Assembly: GCA_937895955.1 (NCBI GenBank)
Contig: CALAZI010000029.1
Location: 4,099-68,098 of the forward strand
DNA length: 64,000 nucleotides
Reading direction: 5' to 3'
Origin: an uncultured Alphaproteobacteria bacterium
GTDB taxonomy: Bacteria > Pseudomonadota > Alphaproteobacteria > Caulobacterales > Parvularculaceae
Shown: positions 48,472 through 59,348 of the stretch, in pieces
Layout: each line of letters starts with the position of its first letter
How positions within the stretch are numbered: position 1 is the stretch's first letter
The notes under the pieces: model-generated
Databases searched by the model: none
The model's input: only the letters and a program-made list of their open reading frames with translations
What the model was told of the DNA's origin: nothing
Made by a program: the position numbers and the translations under genes

Positions 48472-49556
48472 TCAGGCTTTTCACAACCTTCCTCGCATCT
48501 TTGCCGATGACGATGTCGATCGCCGCAGCGGCCCCTCTCTCCGAGAAGCAAATTGCGCCGAATGTGCGGATGATCCGGCTGGCGGAGAATGTCTATGCGT
48601 TCGCGGCGGACAATGCGACAGCCGATATCGTAGACGGCAATTCGACGCTCATTCTGACCGATGACGGCGCCGTCGTCGTAGATGCGCCGGGCGTCCATCT
48701 CGTTCGGACCCATATCGCTGAAATCAGAAAGCTGACGAAAAAGCCGGTCCGCTATCTCATCAACACGCATTGGCATCCCGATCATACGGTCGGCGACGGC
48801 GCCTACAAAAAAGCGTTTCCGGACGTTGAAATCATCTCTGACGACTATACGGCGGAAATCTGGAATCGCCGCGGCCCGGCGCTGTTTGAAAAGCTGATCG
48901 CCGGCGAAGAAGGCGAGGCGCTTCTTGCGCGGTTTGAAAAGAATGCAGGTTCCGCCGTCGATGAGGAAGGCGATCCGAAATCGGCGTATCAGGCGGGTCG
49001 CGACGCGCGTGCGGCGACGGATCTGAAACGCGCTTTTGAAAGCGCGGCGAAGACCGGCTTCGCCGGGCCCACGCGCACGTTCTCCGACGCAATGACGCTG
49101 ACATTGGGCGGAACTGAAATTCAATTGAAGAAATTCACCGGTCACTCGCGCGGGGATACGGTCGTCTTTCTTCCGGAGGAAAAGATTCTCATCACGGGCG
49201 ACCTTGTCATCCATCCGACGCCCTACGGCATCAATTCGGAATTTCGTTCCTGGCCGGAATCGATTGACGCCTTGCTCGCCTATGACGCCCGGGTCATCGT
49301 TCCGGGGCATGGCGACATGCAATATTCGATGGATTACATCCTGCTGCAGCAAAAGCTCATCCGCGCTTTGCGCGATCAGGCGAACCGGGCGGTGTCGGAG
49401 CGGCGCAAGCTCGCGGAATTTCAGGCTGAAATCGATCTTGAGGAATTTCGGCTGAAAATCGCCGGCGATGATCCCGATCTCAACTGGGCCTGGAAAAACT
49501 ACTTTCTCGACCCGGCGCCGCCTGTCGTCTTCGACATGGCGGGCGGCTCGCGTTGA
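48468..49556 (+). CDS. Secreted MBL-fold metallohydrolase
   Basis: INTHWHPDH, GHSRGD, ITGDL, VPGHG; ATGA overlap with upstream gene. Confidence 0.85.
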   Translation: MIRLFTTFLASLPMTMSIAAAAPLSEKQIAPNVRMIRLAENVYAFAADNATADIVDGNSTLILTDDGAVVVDAPGVHLVRTHIAEIRKLTKKPVRYLINTHWHPDHTVGDGAYKKAFPDVEIISDDYTAEIWNRRGPALFEKLIAGEEGEALLARFEKNAGSAVDEEGDPKSAYQAGRDARAATDLKRAFESAAKTGFAGPTRTFSDAMTLTLGGTEIQLKKFTGHSRGDTVVFLPEEKILITGDLVIHPTPYGINSEFRSWPESIDALLAYDARVIVPGHGDMQYSMDYILLQQKLIRALRDQANRAVSERRKLAEFQAEIDLEEFRLKIAGDDPDLNWAWKNYFLDPAPPVVFDMAGGSR

Positions 49557-49622
49557 GCGCCGTTTCAGCCTCCAGCCTTCCTTAACCTCGCCCGCCTAGC
49601 CTCGCCGGGAAGAGACGAGGCG

Positions 49623-50759
49623 ATGACAGGACCGCGCACAATCGAGGACGCATGGACGGCGAGCAAATCCGCCGGCAACAATCTCGACGCGATCCGTCTC
49701 GCGGCGGCGGCGCTCGTCATCTTTTCGCATTCATTCGAAATGAACGGCGGCGCGCGCGAGAATGAACCGCTTGAGATTATTTCCGGCCAGATCAGTTTCG
49801 GCGAACTCGCGGTGCTCGTTTTTTTCGCCATCAGCGGTTTTCTGATCGCGAAGAGCTGGGCGGCGCGGCCGAAACTGTCCGTATTCGTCCGAAATCGCGC
49901 TTTGAGGATCATGCCCGCGCTGGTCATTGCGGTCGCGCTGTTGACGTTCGTCGCCGGTCCGTTGCTGACGACGCTTTCTCCCGGCGCCTATTTCGGCGAC
50001 GCGCGTCTTTCTTGTTTTCTTCTCAATGCGGTTTTCGTTTCGGGTTGCGGGACGCTTCCGGGCGTTTTCAATGAAGAGCTCGCGAACGCGCCTTTATGGA
50101 CGCTCGGCTTTGAAGCGCTGTGTTACGGCCTCGTCGCCGTTCTCGGCGTTCTGAGAATCCTGAAAGCGTCCGCCTGCGCCGCGCTAGCCCTCCTTATCAT
50201 CGCCTTTGGCGCCGCGACGGGCTGGGGCGGCGGCTTCTTCTACAAGCTGTCGGCGCTTGCGCCGCCCTTCCTGATCGGCGCCGTCTTCGCGCTCGCGGCG
50301 GACCGGGTCCCGCTCGATCATCGTCTGGCGGGCGTTTCAGCGCTTGTCCTTCTCGCGTCGACATTCGCCGGCGCGCTGGTCATCTCTTTCGCCTTTTTCG
50401 GCGTCTATCTCGTCCTGTGGGCGGGGTTCGCGCCGTTCGGGGCAGCGCTCGCCCGGATCGGCGCGCGCGGCGACTTCTCCTACGGTCTCTATCTCTGGGG
50501 CTGGCCGGTCCAGCAATTCGCCGCCCAGACGGTCGGCGGCCCGCCGGCGGTCAATTTTCTGCTGAGCCTGCCGATCGCCTTCGCGCTCGCCGTATTGAGC
50601 TGGCGGTTCGTCGAGCATCCCGCGCTGGCGCTCAAAACCGCCATGCGTCCCACGGGCGGCGCAGGGCCAGGATTAAACTTCCGAAACCCCGCCGCCTCTG
50701 CGCCAAAGCCTTTGCCGGGCGCAGCCGAAGCCGCTATCAGGATACAAAATCACGATTAA
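49623..50759 (+). CDS. Acyltransferase family 3 (OafA-like) membrane O-acyltransferase
   Basis: LDAIRLAAAALVIFSH, VFFAISGFLI, WTLGFEALCY, GDFSYGLYL, SWRFVEHP. Confidence 0.88.
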   Translation: MTGPRTIEDAWTASKSAGNNLDAIRLAAAALVIFSHSFEMNGGARENEPLEIISGQISFGELAVLVFFAISGFLIAKSWAARPKLSVFVRNRALRIMPALVIAVALLTFVAGPLLTTLSPGAYFGDARLSCFLLNAVFVSGCGTLPGVFNEELANAPLWTLGFEALCYGLVAVLGVLRILKASACAALALLIIAFGAATGWGGGFFYKLSALAPPFLIGAVFALAADRVPLDHRLAGVSALVLLASTFAGALVISFAFFGVYLVLWAGFAPFGAALARIGARGDFSYGLYLWGWPVQQFAAQTVGGPPAVNFLLSLPIAFALAVLSWRFVEHPALALKTAMRPTGGAGPGLNFRNPAASAPKPLPGAAEAAIRIQNHD

Positions 50760-50916
50760 CGGCGGTCTTGCCCGGCGGGCGGACCGCCGGCGTCGGTTTT
50801 GCGCGTTCGCGAAGGCGGCGCCGCAAAAAAGGCGCAACCGACCGGTAACCGGGCGGGTCATAGGGACCGTCCGCCACGATCAACACGCAGGGCAACGCGC
50901 AGGGGATTAGATCACC

Positions 50917-51636
50917 ATGGAAGCAGAAGTCGCGGCGGCCGCCGGCACGACCCTCGGCGGGGAATTCAGCCTTTTGAGCCTTTTTCTCTCGGCGGGTCTC
51001 GTCGTCAAAATCGTCATGGGGATTTTGATTTTCGCCTCGGTCTGGTCATGGGCGGTGATCATCGACAAGTCGCTCCTATTCGGGCGGCTGAAGTCGAAAT
51101 CGGCGCGGTTCGAGGACGCTTTCTGGTCCGGTCGGCCGCTTGACGAATTGCATCGCAAGATGGGCGACAAGGGCGATCACCCGATGGCGCGCGTTTTCTC
51201 CGCCGGCATGACCGAGTGGCAGCGCGCGAAAGATCTCGGCCGCGCGGACGGCCTCGTCGCCGGCGCCAAGGATCGCATCGACAAGGTGATGAATGTCGTC
51301 GTCAGCCGCGAACTTGAGGCGGCGGAAAGAAATCTCGGCATTCTCGCGACGATCGGATCGGCCGCGCCCTTTGTCGGCCTGCTCGGCACGGTGTGGGGCA
51401 TCATGACGGCGTTCCAGGCGATCGCGGCGACGAAGGACACCAACCTCGCCGTCGTTGCGCCCGGTATCGCCGAAGCGCTCTTCGCGACCGCGCTCGGCCT
51501 GCTCGCCGCCATCCCGGCCGTCGTCGGCTACAATCGTTATTCGGCGGCGCTCAATTCCTACGCTGTGCGCCTTCAGGGTTTCGCGGATGAGTTTTCCGCG
51601 ATCCTTTCGCGCCAGCTTGATGAAAGGTCGCGCTGA
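50917..51636 (+). CDS. tolQ: TolQ
   Basis: LATIGSAAPFVGLLGTVWGIM, PGIAEALFATA. Confidence 0.95.
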   Translation: MEAEVAAAAGTTLGGEFSLLSLFLSAGLVVKIVMGILIFASVWSWAVIIDKSLLFGRLKSKSARFEDAFWSGRPLDELHRKMGDKGDHPMARVFSAGMTEWQRAKDLGRADGLVAGAKDRIDKVMNVVVSRELEAAERNLGILATIGSAAPFVGLLGTVWGIMTAFQAIAATKDTNLAVVAPGIAEALFATALGLLAAIPAVVGYNRYSAALNSYAVRLQGFADEFSAILSRQLDERSR

Positions 51637-52073
51637 TGGGCGCGTCGGTTGGAAACGGCGGCGCGCATCGGCACCGACCCGGCCGCACGCGCGTCATGTC
51701 CGAAATCAACGTGACGCCGCTTGTCGACGTCATGCTTGTTCTCCTGATCGTGTTCATGGTGGCGGCGCCCTTGCTGACGGTCGGCGTCGCGGTCGATCTT
51801 CCGGAAACGGCGGCGCAGCCGATCCCCGAACAGGGCGAGCCGCTGACGGTGACGATCACGTCTGACGGGACGATTTTCGTTCAGGAAACGCCGGTCGAAA
51901 TCGACAATCTCGTGCCGCAGCTCGAAGCGATCGCCTCAGCCGGCTACGACCAGCGCATCTACATTCGCGGCGATCAGGCGCGCAGCTATGGCGAGGTCGT
52001 GCGCGTGATGGGCAAGATCAATGCGGCGGGCTTCCGGCGCATCGGCCTCGTGACTGATCGGGAATTTGAGTGA
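51636..52073 (+). CDS. tolR: TolR
   Basis: SEINVTPLVDVMLVLLIVFMVAAP, YIRGD, YGEVVRVM. Confidence 0.95.
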   Translation: MGASVGNGGAHRHRPGRTRVMSEINVTPLVDVMLVLLIVFMVAAPLLTVGVAVDLPETAAQPIPEQGEPLTVTITSDGTIFVQETPVEIDNLVPQLEAIASAGYDQRIYIRGDQARSYGEVVRVMGKINAAGFRRIGLVTDREFE

Positions 52074-52096
52074 CGCGGGGAGTGTGACGAAGCCCC

Positions 52097-52909
52097 ATGC
52101 GGTTCGGCGTACTCGCATCTGTTCTGCTTCATGCTTGCGCGGTCGGGCTGGCGTTCATTTCGCTGCCCGATTTCATGCGCACGAAAGTCGTTGAAGCGCC
52201 GGTCATTCCGGTCGAGCTGATCCGCGAGGCGGAGCTTGCCGAAAAGACGAGCGTGCCCGCCGCTGCGCCGAAACCCAAACCCAAAGCGGAAGAACCGCCC
52301 GATCTGCCGAAGCCGAAAGAGGAAGCGCCGAAACCGACGCCGAAGGCCGAGGCCGAACCGGCGCCGAAACCGGAACCGAAAGCGGAAGAACCCAAGCCCG
52401 AGCTTCTCAAACCCAAGCCGCAGGAAAAGCCGAAGCCCAAGCCGAAGCAGGAAGACCTCGACCTCGACGCGCTCTCGGCGCTTGTCGACAAGTCGCGCAA
52501 GGCTGAAGCGGCGTCCGAAGCCGATTCTGACGCCGCGATCGAAGCCGATCGCGCAAGACCGGCGATCGGCGCCGGCGACCGTCTTGCGGCGAGCGAGATC
52601 GACAAGATGCGCGCGGCGGTGTCGCGCTGCTGGAACGCCAGCGCCATCATCGGCGCGCCTGAACCAGAAAAACTCATCGTCGAGCTTGATATCGACCTCA
52701 ATCGCGACGGCACGCTTACGGGCGCGCCGCGCGTCGTCAACGCGCTGCAGATCAATCTCTCGGGCAACCGGTTCTGGAAAGTCGCCGAGCAAAACGCCGT
52801 CAGGGCCGTTCAGGCCTGTCAGCCCTACGACTTTTTCGACCCGAGCAGATACAATGAATGGAAGGCGTTCACGCTCAATTTCGATCCGAGCATCATGGCG
52901 GGATTTTAA
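52097..52909 (+). CDS. tolA: TolA (Pro/Lys/Glu-rich linker, TonB_C-like C-terminus)
   Basis: N-terminal TM with SVLLH, PK/PE-rich linker, VSRCWN..AVRAVQACQPY; position between tolR and tolB. Confidence 0.8.
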   Translation: MRFGVLASVLLHACAVGLAFISLPDFMRTKVVEAPVIPVELIREAELAEKTSVPAAAPKPKPKAEEPPDLPKPKEEAPKPTPKAEAEPAPKPEPKAEEPKPELLKPKPQEKPKPKPKQEDLDLDALSALVDKSRKAEAASEADSDAAIEADRARPAIGAGDRLAASEIDKMRAAVSRCWNASAIIGAPEPEKLIVELDIDLNRDGTLTGAPRVVNALQINLSGNRFWKVAEQNAVRAVQACQPYDFFDPSRYNEWKAFTLNFDPSIMAGF

Positions 52910-53010
52910 GCGAGATTCGCGCGCAGGCGCCTTATTTCGGCTGGGCGAAGCATCTAGGGTCCCTTAAGCCAAAGATGATTTGGCGAGGGAAGGACATAAC
53001 GGAAGGCGAC

Positions 53011-54327
53011 ATGATCAGACAGGCGATTTTTGCGATTCTGGCGATGACGATCGGATTTTCGGCGACGCCCGCCGGCGCGCGCGTCAGGATCGACATCACG
53101 CAGGCGAATATCGAGCCGATGCCGATCGCGGTGCCGGATTTCATCGGCGCGCAAAGCGAATTGTCAGGGCTCGGCCGCGACATCACCGGCGTCATCATGG
53201 CCGACCTTGATCGCTCCGGTCTTTTCAGCGTCATTGATCAGCGCGCCTATGTCGAGAAGCTTTCAAGCGTCGACGTGCGGCCGCGTTTCGCCGACTGGCG
53301 CATCATCAACGCGCAGGTGCTCGTATCCGGCGAAGTGCGCCAGACGCCGGACGGGCGCATTGAAGTCGCGACGCGCGTCTGGGACGTCTATTCGAACGAA
53401 CAATTGGGCGCCGTCTCGTTCAAGACGCCGTCGGACAACTGGCGTCGCGCCGCGCACAAGGTCGCGGACTTCGTCTACAAATCACTGACCGGCGAGGACG
53501 GCTATTTCGACACGCGCGTCGTCTTCGTTTACGAGACGGGGCCGAAAGAAAAACGCAACAAGCGGTTGATGATCATGGATCAGGACGGCGCCAATCCGGT
53601 GCTGCTGACCGACGGTCTCAACTATCAGGCGCTGACGCCGCGCTTCTCGCCGACGCAGCAGCAGATCACCTATATGGCCCTTTTCGATAACAAACCGGGC
53701 CAAGTTTACCTCTTCAATATCGAGACCGGCGAACAGGAACAGCTCGGCACCTTCCGCGGCATGACCTTCGCGCCGCGCTTCACGCCGGACGGCACGCGCG
53801 TCCTCATGTCGATGGAGCGGACGGGGAACTCCGACATCTTCCAGATGGAGCTGGCGACGCGGCGCCTGACGCGCCTCACCGATCATCCGGGCATCGACGT
53901 TTCCCCGACCATGTCGCCGGATGGGAGGCGGATCGGCTTCACGTCCGATCGCGGCGGCACGGAACAGATCTATGTGATGAACGCCGACGGCTCGGCCCCG
54001 AAGCGAATCACCTTCGGCGAGGGGCGGTACATGACGCCGGTATGGTCGCCGCGCGGCGATCTCATCGCCTTCACCCGGCAATATCAGGGGCGTTTTTACA
54101 TCGGCGTCATCCGGCCTGACGGCAGCGGCGAGCGCCTGCTCACCGAGAGCTATCTTGACGAGGGGCCGACCTGGGCGCCGAACGGGCGGGTTCTGATGTT
54201 CTTCCGCGAAGCCTCGCCCGGCGCCGGCCCGACTCTGTGGTCGGTGGATTTGACGGGGCGCAACTTGCGGCGCGTCAGGACGCCTGGCGATTCCTCCGAC
54301 CCCGCCTGGTCGCCGCCGCTTCCCTAG
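53011..54327 (+). CDS. tolB: TolB beta-propeller
   Basis: IEPMPIAVPDF, AHKVAD, repeated PRFSP/PVWSP/PTWAP PD40 repeats. Confidence 0.95.
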   Translation: MIRQAIFAILAMTIGFSATPAGARVRIDITQANIEPMPIAVPDFIGAQSELSGLGRDITGVIMADLDRSGLFSVIDQRAYVEKLSSVDVRPRFADWRIINAQVLVSGEVRQTPDGRIEVATRVWDVYSNEQLGAVSFKTPSDNWRRAAHKVADFVYKSLTGEDGYFDTRVVFVYETGPKEKRNKRLMIMDQDGANPVLLTDGLNYQALTPRFSPTQQQITYMALFDNKPGQVYLFNIETGEQEQLGTFRGMTFAPRFTPDGTRVLMSMERTGNSDIFQMELATRRLTRLTDHPGIDVSPTMSPDGRRIGFTSDRGGTEQIYVMNADGSAPKRITFGEGRYMTPVWSPRGDLIAFTRQYQGRFYIGVIRPDGSGERLLTESYLDEGPTWAPNGRVLMFFREASPGAGPTLWSVDLTGRNLRRVRTPGDSSDPAWSPPLP

Positions 54328-54595
54328 TTGCAGGAGGCTGTGCGATTCGCGTGTAACGCATTTTTCATTTTGACCCCGGATCGGCCCCGCTTGATCGCCG
54401 ATCCGGACCTCTCTACGGTCGAAATCGCGGAATGCTGTCAGTTAATCCTTAATGGTTTTCAGACAGCGTGCCGGCGAAACGGCGACGGGGCGTGTGGGCG
54501 CAGCGAAAAGCCCGTCGTCGCCGCAACCTGAATCTAACGGGGCTGGCGGGGGCGCGCTCGCAGATAGCCCGCAATCGAGTGGAGCACTTAGAATC

Positions 54596-55102
54596 ATGAA
54601 CGTGAATTTTTCGATGAAGACGATCGGCGCCGTCGCCGTCATGGCGCTCGCAGCTGCGTGTTCGAGCACCAGCTCGACCGGTCCCGACGTCGCTGCGACC
54701 GACAATGCGAATTCGTCGGTCGGCTCGGTTGCCGCCGGCAGCCAGGAAGATCTTGAGCAGAATGTCGGTCACCGCGTCTTCTTCGGCTATGACCAATATT
54801 CGCTGACGGCGCAGGCGCAGTCGACGCTGCAGCGTCAGGCTGATTTCCTCAAGCAGCATTCGAATGTGCGCATTCAGCTCGCGGGCAATTGCGACGAACG
54901 CGGCACGCGCGAATACAACCTCGCGCTCGGCGCCCGTCGCGCTGAAGCGGCGCGCGCCTATCTCGTCAGCATGGGCGTTGATTCATCGCGCATCTCGACC
55001 GTCTCCTACGGCAAGGAGCGCCCGCTTGATCCGCGCTCGACGGAAGAGGCCTGGTCCTTGAACCGCAACGCGACGACGACGATTGTTGCAGCCGGCGCGT
55101 AA
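54596..55102 (+). CDS. pal: Peptidoglycan-associated lipoprotein
   Basis: Lipobox LAAC; VFFGYD, GNCDERGTREYNLALGARRA, SYGKERP. Confidence 0.95.
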   Translation: MNVNFSMKTIGAVAVMALAAACSSTSSTGPDVAATDNANSSVGSVAAGSQEDLEQNVGHRVFFGYDQYSLTAQAQSTLQRQADFLKQHSNVRIQLAGNCDERGTREYNLALGARRAEAARAYLVSMGVDSSRISTVSYGKERPLDPRSTEEAWSLNRNATTTIVAAGA

Positions 55103-55124
55103 CGCCGCAAAGGCGTAGGTTTTA

Positions 55125-55166
55125 AGGGGGCGCGCCGTCGCAAGACTGGCGCGCCTTCCTGTTTTT
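55125..55166 (+). terminator. Intrinsic terminator after pal
   Basis: GGCGCGCCGTC-GCAA-GAC(T)GGCGCGCC stem followed by TTCCTGTTTTT. Confidence 0.7.
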
Positions 55167-55247
55167 CGCCGCATTTCGCAGCGAAAATCGAGGGTCGATA
55201 TTCAGGCGTTTGATTAATTCGGCGCCGAGTTAAAAAGGTTGATTGGC

Positions 55248-56030
55248 ATGCGCACAATCCGGAAGTTGTTGTTGTCGTTCGGTGCGGCGTTTGTCGCTGC
55301 GAGCGCGCCGGCTTTCGCCGGCACCAAAGAGCGCGTCGAAGCGCTTGAAGCGGCGGTCGCTGAATTGCGGGCCGCCTCGCCTGCGGCGCTCGATTCGAAC
55401 GCCAAGATCGACCGCCTCGAAGCGGAAGTTCGCGCGCTCACCGGGCGCGTTGAGGAGCTGACGCATGAGCTTGACCAAACGCGCGCGCGCCTTGAATCCG
55501 TCAGCGCCGCTCTCGCCGGCGATGCGCCGCTTGCGGCGGCCGGCGGTCCGGTCAATCTGACAGGCCCGACGGCCTCGGGATCGCCCGCCGGCGATCCGAT
55601 CGCCGATACGATCGCGAAAGCCGACAGCGGCGTCGCGCTGCCGCTCGATCCGGACGCGGCCTACGCCTACGCCTCCGATTTTCTGGTGACGAGCGATTAC
55701 GCCCGCGCCGAACAGGCGTTCACGCTGTTCCTTGAAGCGCATCCCGGCCATCCGCGCGCGGCCGATGCGCGCTTTCGCCTCGGCGAGGTGCAGCTCGCCG
55801 CGTCGAAAAACGCTGAGGCCGCCGACACGTTCATCGCCTTCATCCGCGCCTATCCGAACAGCGCGCGCGGCGCCGAAGCCTATCTGAAGCTCGGCACCGC
55901 CTTTTCGCGCCTCGATCAGGCGAGCGAAGCCTGCAAGGTTTTCCGGACGCTGAAATCGAAATATCCGACCGCGCCGCCGGCGGTTCTTCAGCGCACGGAA
56001 GTCGAGATGGCGCGCATCAACTGCAAATAG
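55248..56030 (+). CDS. cpoB: Cell division coordinator CpoB (YbgF)
   Basis: Signal peptide, coiled coil (RALTGRVEELT), TPR with ARFRLGE, EAYLKLG. Confidence 0.88.
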   Translation: MRTIRKLLLSFGAAFVAASAPAFAGTKERVEALEAAVAELRAASPAALDSNAKIDRLEAEVRALTGRVEELTHELDQTRARLESVSAALAGDAPLAAAGGPVNLTGPTASGSPAGDPIADTIAKADSGVALPLDPDAAYAYASDFLVTSDYARAEQAFTLFLEAHPGHPRAADARFRLGEVQLAASKNAEAADTFIAFIRAYPNSARGAEAYLKLGTAFSRLDQASEACKVFRTLKSKYPTAPPAVLQRTEVEMARINCK

Positions 56031-56032
56031 CC

Positions 56033-57325
56033 GTGGACGGTTCGACGCCGATTGATGCCCCGCCGCCCGACGCGGCGGGGTTTCGCATGGCGCTTGACCG
56101 TCTTGGCGCGCCGCGCCGGCTTTTGCTCGCCGTTTCGGGCGGCGCCGATTCAATGGCGATGATGCGTCTCGCCGCGCCGCTCGGCGCGCGTTTCAAGATC
56201 AGCGTCGCAACGGTCGATCATCAATTGCGATCAGGCGCGCGCGCCGAAGCCGAGCTTGTCGCCGGCGAGGCGCGCCGGCTCGGCTTCAGCCATGCGATCC
56301 TCGACTGGGACGGCGTCAAACCGGCGAGCGGCGTGCAGGCGGCGGCGCGCCGCGCGCGCTACCGGCTGCTGATCGATCACGCCTGCGCGCTCGGCGCCGA
56401 TGCGATCGTCACGGCGCACAATGCGGATGATCAGGCCGAAACGGTTTTCATGCGTCTTCAGCGCGGATCGGGGCCGCGCGGTCTCGCCGGCATGACCGAG
56501 CGCTCGTTCGTCGCGGCCGATGCGGGCGAGGCGCTTCCTCTTCTGCGCCCGCTGCTCGGCGTTCGGCGGCGCGCCTTGCGCAAATTGTTGACGGCTGAAA
56601 ACGCCGCCTTTGTCGACGACCCGAGCAATGAAGACGCCGCCTTTGAACGGGTGCGCGTTCGGCGAACGCTTGTGCGGCTGGAAGAGGAGGGCGCGCTCAG
56701 CGTTGCGGCGCTTTGCGAGACGGCGCGCGCCGCGCGCGAGGCGGCGGACCGGATCGAGGCGCAGGAGAATGAGCGCTTCGCAGCGCTCGGCGGGGCTCTC
56801 GACGATAACGGGATTGCGCGCCTTAAGGCGGCGAAACTCTCTGTCGGTGACGCGCCGCTCATCGCCCGCCTCATTCAGGCGGTCGCCGGCGGCGATCATC
56901 AGCCCGATGCGGATCGCAGCGCCGCGGCGCTCATGGCGGCGCTGTCAGGGCGCAAGGCGACCCTTGGCGGAGCGATGCTCGCCCGGTCGGACGCCGATTT
57001 TTTCATCTTCCGCGAGCCGGCGGCCGTTCTCGGGCGGGCGGGCGTCGCGCCGCTCGGAATGGTTCGCCTTCAGCCGGGCGGGCGCGCATTGTGGGACGCC
57101 CGTTTCATTGTCTCAAATCCTACGAGCGAGGCGGTCGACGTGCGGCCTGCGGGCGCGGCGGGAGCCGGGGACTTTCCCGGCGAAGATCCGGACCGGATCG
57201 CCGGCGCCCCGGCGCTTTGGGGGCGGGGCGGGCTCCTCGGCCTCGCCGCCGAATTCGACGCCGCGAAGGCGCTCGCCGACGAACGGTTTTTCCGCCGGGT
57301 TAACCGGTTTGCTGAAATTACATAA
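56033..57325 (+). CDS. tilS: tRNA(Ile)-lysidine synthetase
   Basis: AVSGGADS, TVDHQLR, AARRARY, TAHNADDQAET, DDPSN. Confidence 0.93.
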   Translation: MDGSTPIDAPPPDAAGFRMALDRLGAPRRLLLAVSGGADSMAMMRLAAPLGARFKISVATVDHQLRSGARAEAELVAGEARRLGFSHAILDWDGVKPASGVQAAARRARYRLLIDHACALGADAIVTAHNADDQAETVFMRLQRGSGPRGLAGMTERSFVAADAGEALPLLRPLLGVRRRALRKLLTAENAAFVDDPSNEDAAFERVRVRRTLVRLEEEGALSVAALCETARAAREAADRIEAQENERFAALGGALDDNGIARLKAAKLSVGDAPLIARLIQAVAGGDHQPDADRSAAALMAALSGRKATLGGAMLARSDADFFIFREPAAVLGRAGVAPLGMVRLQPGGRALWDARFIVSNPTSEAVDVRPAGAAGAGDFPGEDPDRIAGAPALWGRGGLLGLAAEFDAAKALADERFFRRVNRFAEIT

Positions 57326-57406
57326 AAGTGATGATCAACCGTGGCGCCGGGCTTCCTTAACACCTATCTGATAGGCTGCCCGCTTCCGCCGGAAAGGAAT
57401 GAGTGA

Positions 57407-59329
57407 ATGAACGGACGCAATCTCCTCATCTGGGGCCTCGTCTTCGTGTTCTTCATCGTCGCACTGCAGCGCTTCGAAATCTCGCGTCCGGGACCGCAGC
57501 CGGAAGAACTCAACTATTCCGCATTCATCTCCCGCATCGACAGCGGCGAGATCAAATCGGCCTCGATCGACAAGGAAGTCGTCAAAGGCGTCCTCAGCGA
57601 CGACAGGCATTTCATCACCGCCATTCCGGAAGGGTCAGGCGTCGCCATCGCCGATCGCCTCAACGGGGCGGGCGTTCAGACCGAGATCAAGCCGGAAGAG
57701 CAATTGCCGCTTCTGCTTTCGGTGCTGTTCAACATCCTGCCCTTTATCATTTTTCTCGCCTTCTTCTTTTTCGTCATCCGCCAGATGCAAGGGGCGGGCG
57801 GCAAGGCGATGGGCTTCGGCAAGAGCCGCGCGAAGCTGCTGACCGAACGTCAGGGCCGCGTCACGTTTGACGACGTCGCCGGCATCGACGAGGCGAAAGA
57901 AGAGCTTGAGGAAATCGTCGAGTATCTGAAAGACCCGATGAAGTTCCAGCGCCTCGGCGGCAAGATTCCGAAAGGCGCTCTGCTCGTCGGCCCGCCGGGC
58001 ACCGGCAAGACGCTGCTCGCGCGCGCCATCGCCGGCGAAGCGAACGTGCCGTTCTTCACGATTTCCGGGTCTGACTTTGTCGAGATGTTTGTCGGCGTCG
58101 GCGCAAGCCGCGTCAGAGACATGTTCGATCAGGCGAAGAAGAACGCGCCCTGCATCATCTTCATTGATGAAATCGACGCGGTCGGCCGTCATCGCGGCGC
58201 CGGCCTCGGCGGCGGCAATGACGAACGCGAACAGACCTTGAACCAGCTTCTCGTCGAAATGGACGGCTTTGAATCGAATGAGGGGATCATCCTCATCGCG
58301 GCGACGAACCGTCCGGACGTTCTCGATCCCGCGCTCCTGCGTCCCGGCCGTTTCGACCGCCAGGTCGTCGTGCCGAACCCCGATGTCGTCGGCCGTGAGA
58401 AAATCCTTCAGGTGCACGCGAAGAAAGTGCCGCTTGCGCCCGACGTCAATCTCCGGACGATCGCGCGCGGCACGCCCGGCTTCTCGGGCGCCGATCTCGC
58501 CAATATCGTCAATGAGGCCGCGCTCCTCGCGGCGCGTCGCGGCAAGCGCTTCGTCACGTCGAAGGAATTCGACGACGCGAAGGACAAGGTGCTTATGGGC
58601 GCCGAACGCCGCTCGATGGCGATGACGGAAGAGGAAAAGACGCTCACCGCCTATCATGAGGCCGGTCATGCGCTGGTCGGCATTTCCGTTCCCGGCAATG
58701 ATCCCGTCCATAAAGCGACGATCATTCCGCGCGGCCGCGCGCTCGGCATGGTTCAATATCTTCCCGAACGCGATCGTTACTCGATGTCGTTCGAGCAAAT
58801 GAAGGCGCGCATCGCGATGGCGATGGGCGGGCGCGTCGCCGAAGAATTGAAATTCGGCAAGGAAAAAGTGACGTCCGGGGCGCAGCAGGACATCGAGCAT
58901 GCGACGAAGATCGCGCGCGCGATGGTGACCCAATTCGGTCTTTCCGAAAAACTCGGGCCGATCGCCTATGCGGAAGACGAGGGCGAGGTGTTCCTCGGCC
59001 AGTCGATCGCCAGAACCAAGGCGATCTCAAGCGACACCGCCAAACTCATCGAAGAGGAAATTCGCCGCTTCGTCACCGACGGCTATGAACGCGCGCGTCA
59101 GGTGCTGACGGAACGCAACGCCGATTGGGAAAAACTCTCGCAAGCGCTGCTGGAATTCGAAACGCTCTCCGGCGAGGAGATCAACGCGCTGCTGCGCGGC
59201 GAACAAATCGTCCGCAAGGAGCCGACCGATCTCGGCGATACGCCGCCGCCGTCATCCGTGCCGACAGCGGGCGAAACGGCGCGCTCGGGTCCTGAAAGCG
59301 GCCTCGAACCGAATCCGGCCGGCGCGTAA
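57407..59329 (+). CDS. ftsH: ATP-dependent zinc metalloprotease FtsH
   Basis: [39 protein letters not shown]. Confidence 0.98.
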   Translation: MNGRNLLIWGLVFVFFIVALQRFEISRPGPQPEELNYSAFISRIDSGEIKSASIDKEVVKGVLSDDRHFITAIPEGSGVAIADRLNGAGVQTEIKPEEQLPLLLSVLFNILPFIIFLAFFFFVIRQMQGAGGKAMGFGKSRAKLLTERQGRVTFDDVAGIDEAKEELEEIVEYLKDPMKFQRLGGKIPKGALLVGPPGTGKTLLARAIAGEANVPFFTISGSDFVEMFVGVGASRVRDMFDQAKKNAPCIIFIDEIDAVGRHRGAGLGGGNDEREQTLNQLLVEMDGFESNEGIILIAATNRPDVLDPALLRPGRFDRQVVVPNPDVVGREKILQVHAKKVPLAPDVNLRTIARGTPGFSGADLANIVNEAALLAARRGKRFVTSKEFDDAKDKVLMGAERRSMAMTEEEKTLTAYHEAGHALVGISVPGNDPVHKATIIPRGRALGMVQYLPERDRYSMSFEQMKARIAMAMGGRVAEELKFGKEKVTSGAQQDIEHATKIARAMVTQFGLSEKLGPIAYAEDEGEVFLGQSIARTKAISSDTAKLIEEEIRRFVTDGYERARQVLTERNADWEKLSQALLEFETLSGEEINALLRGEQIVRKEPTDLGDTPPPSSVPTAGETARSGPESGLEPNPAGA

Positions 59330-59348
59330 CCGGTCATCTGTTTTCGGC

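Noticed and set aside
52250-52460. PK/PE repeats as a novel tandem repeat
   Set aside because: Ordinary TolA/TonB proline-rich linker.
55214-55233. TTAA pairs upstream of cpoB (also 54442-54452, 32661-32670, 8108-8125)
   Set aside because: Spacings of 12, 3, 2 and 9 nt do not fit the CtrA N7 consensus.
57363-57375. CCTATCTGATAGG palindrome or RpoH -10 upstream of ftsH
   Set aside because: No CTTG -35 element at a suitable spacing, and too short to call.
55090-59331. Identical 13-mer GCCGGCGCGTAAC at the ends of pal and ftsH as a possible att or direct repeat
   Set aside because: Both simply encode Ala-Gly-Ala-stop in preferred codons and flank only core genes.
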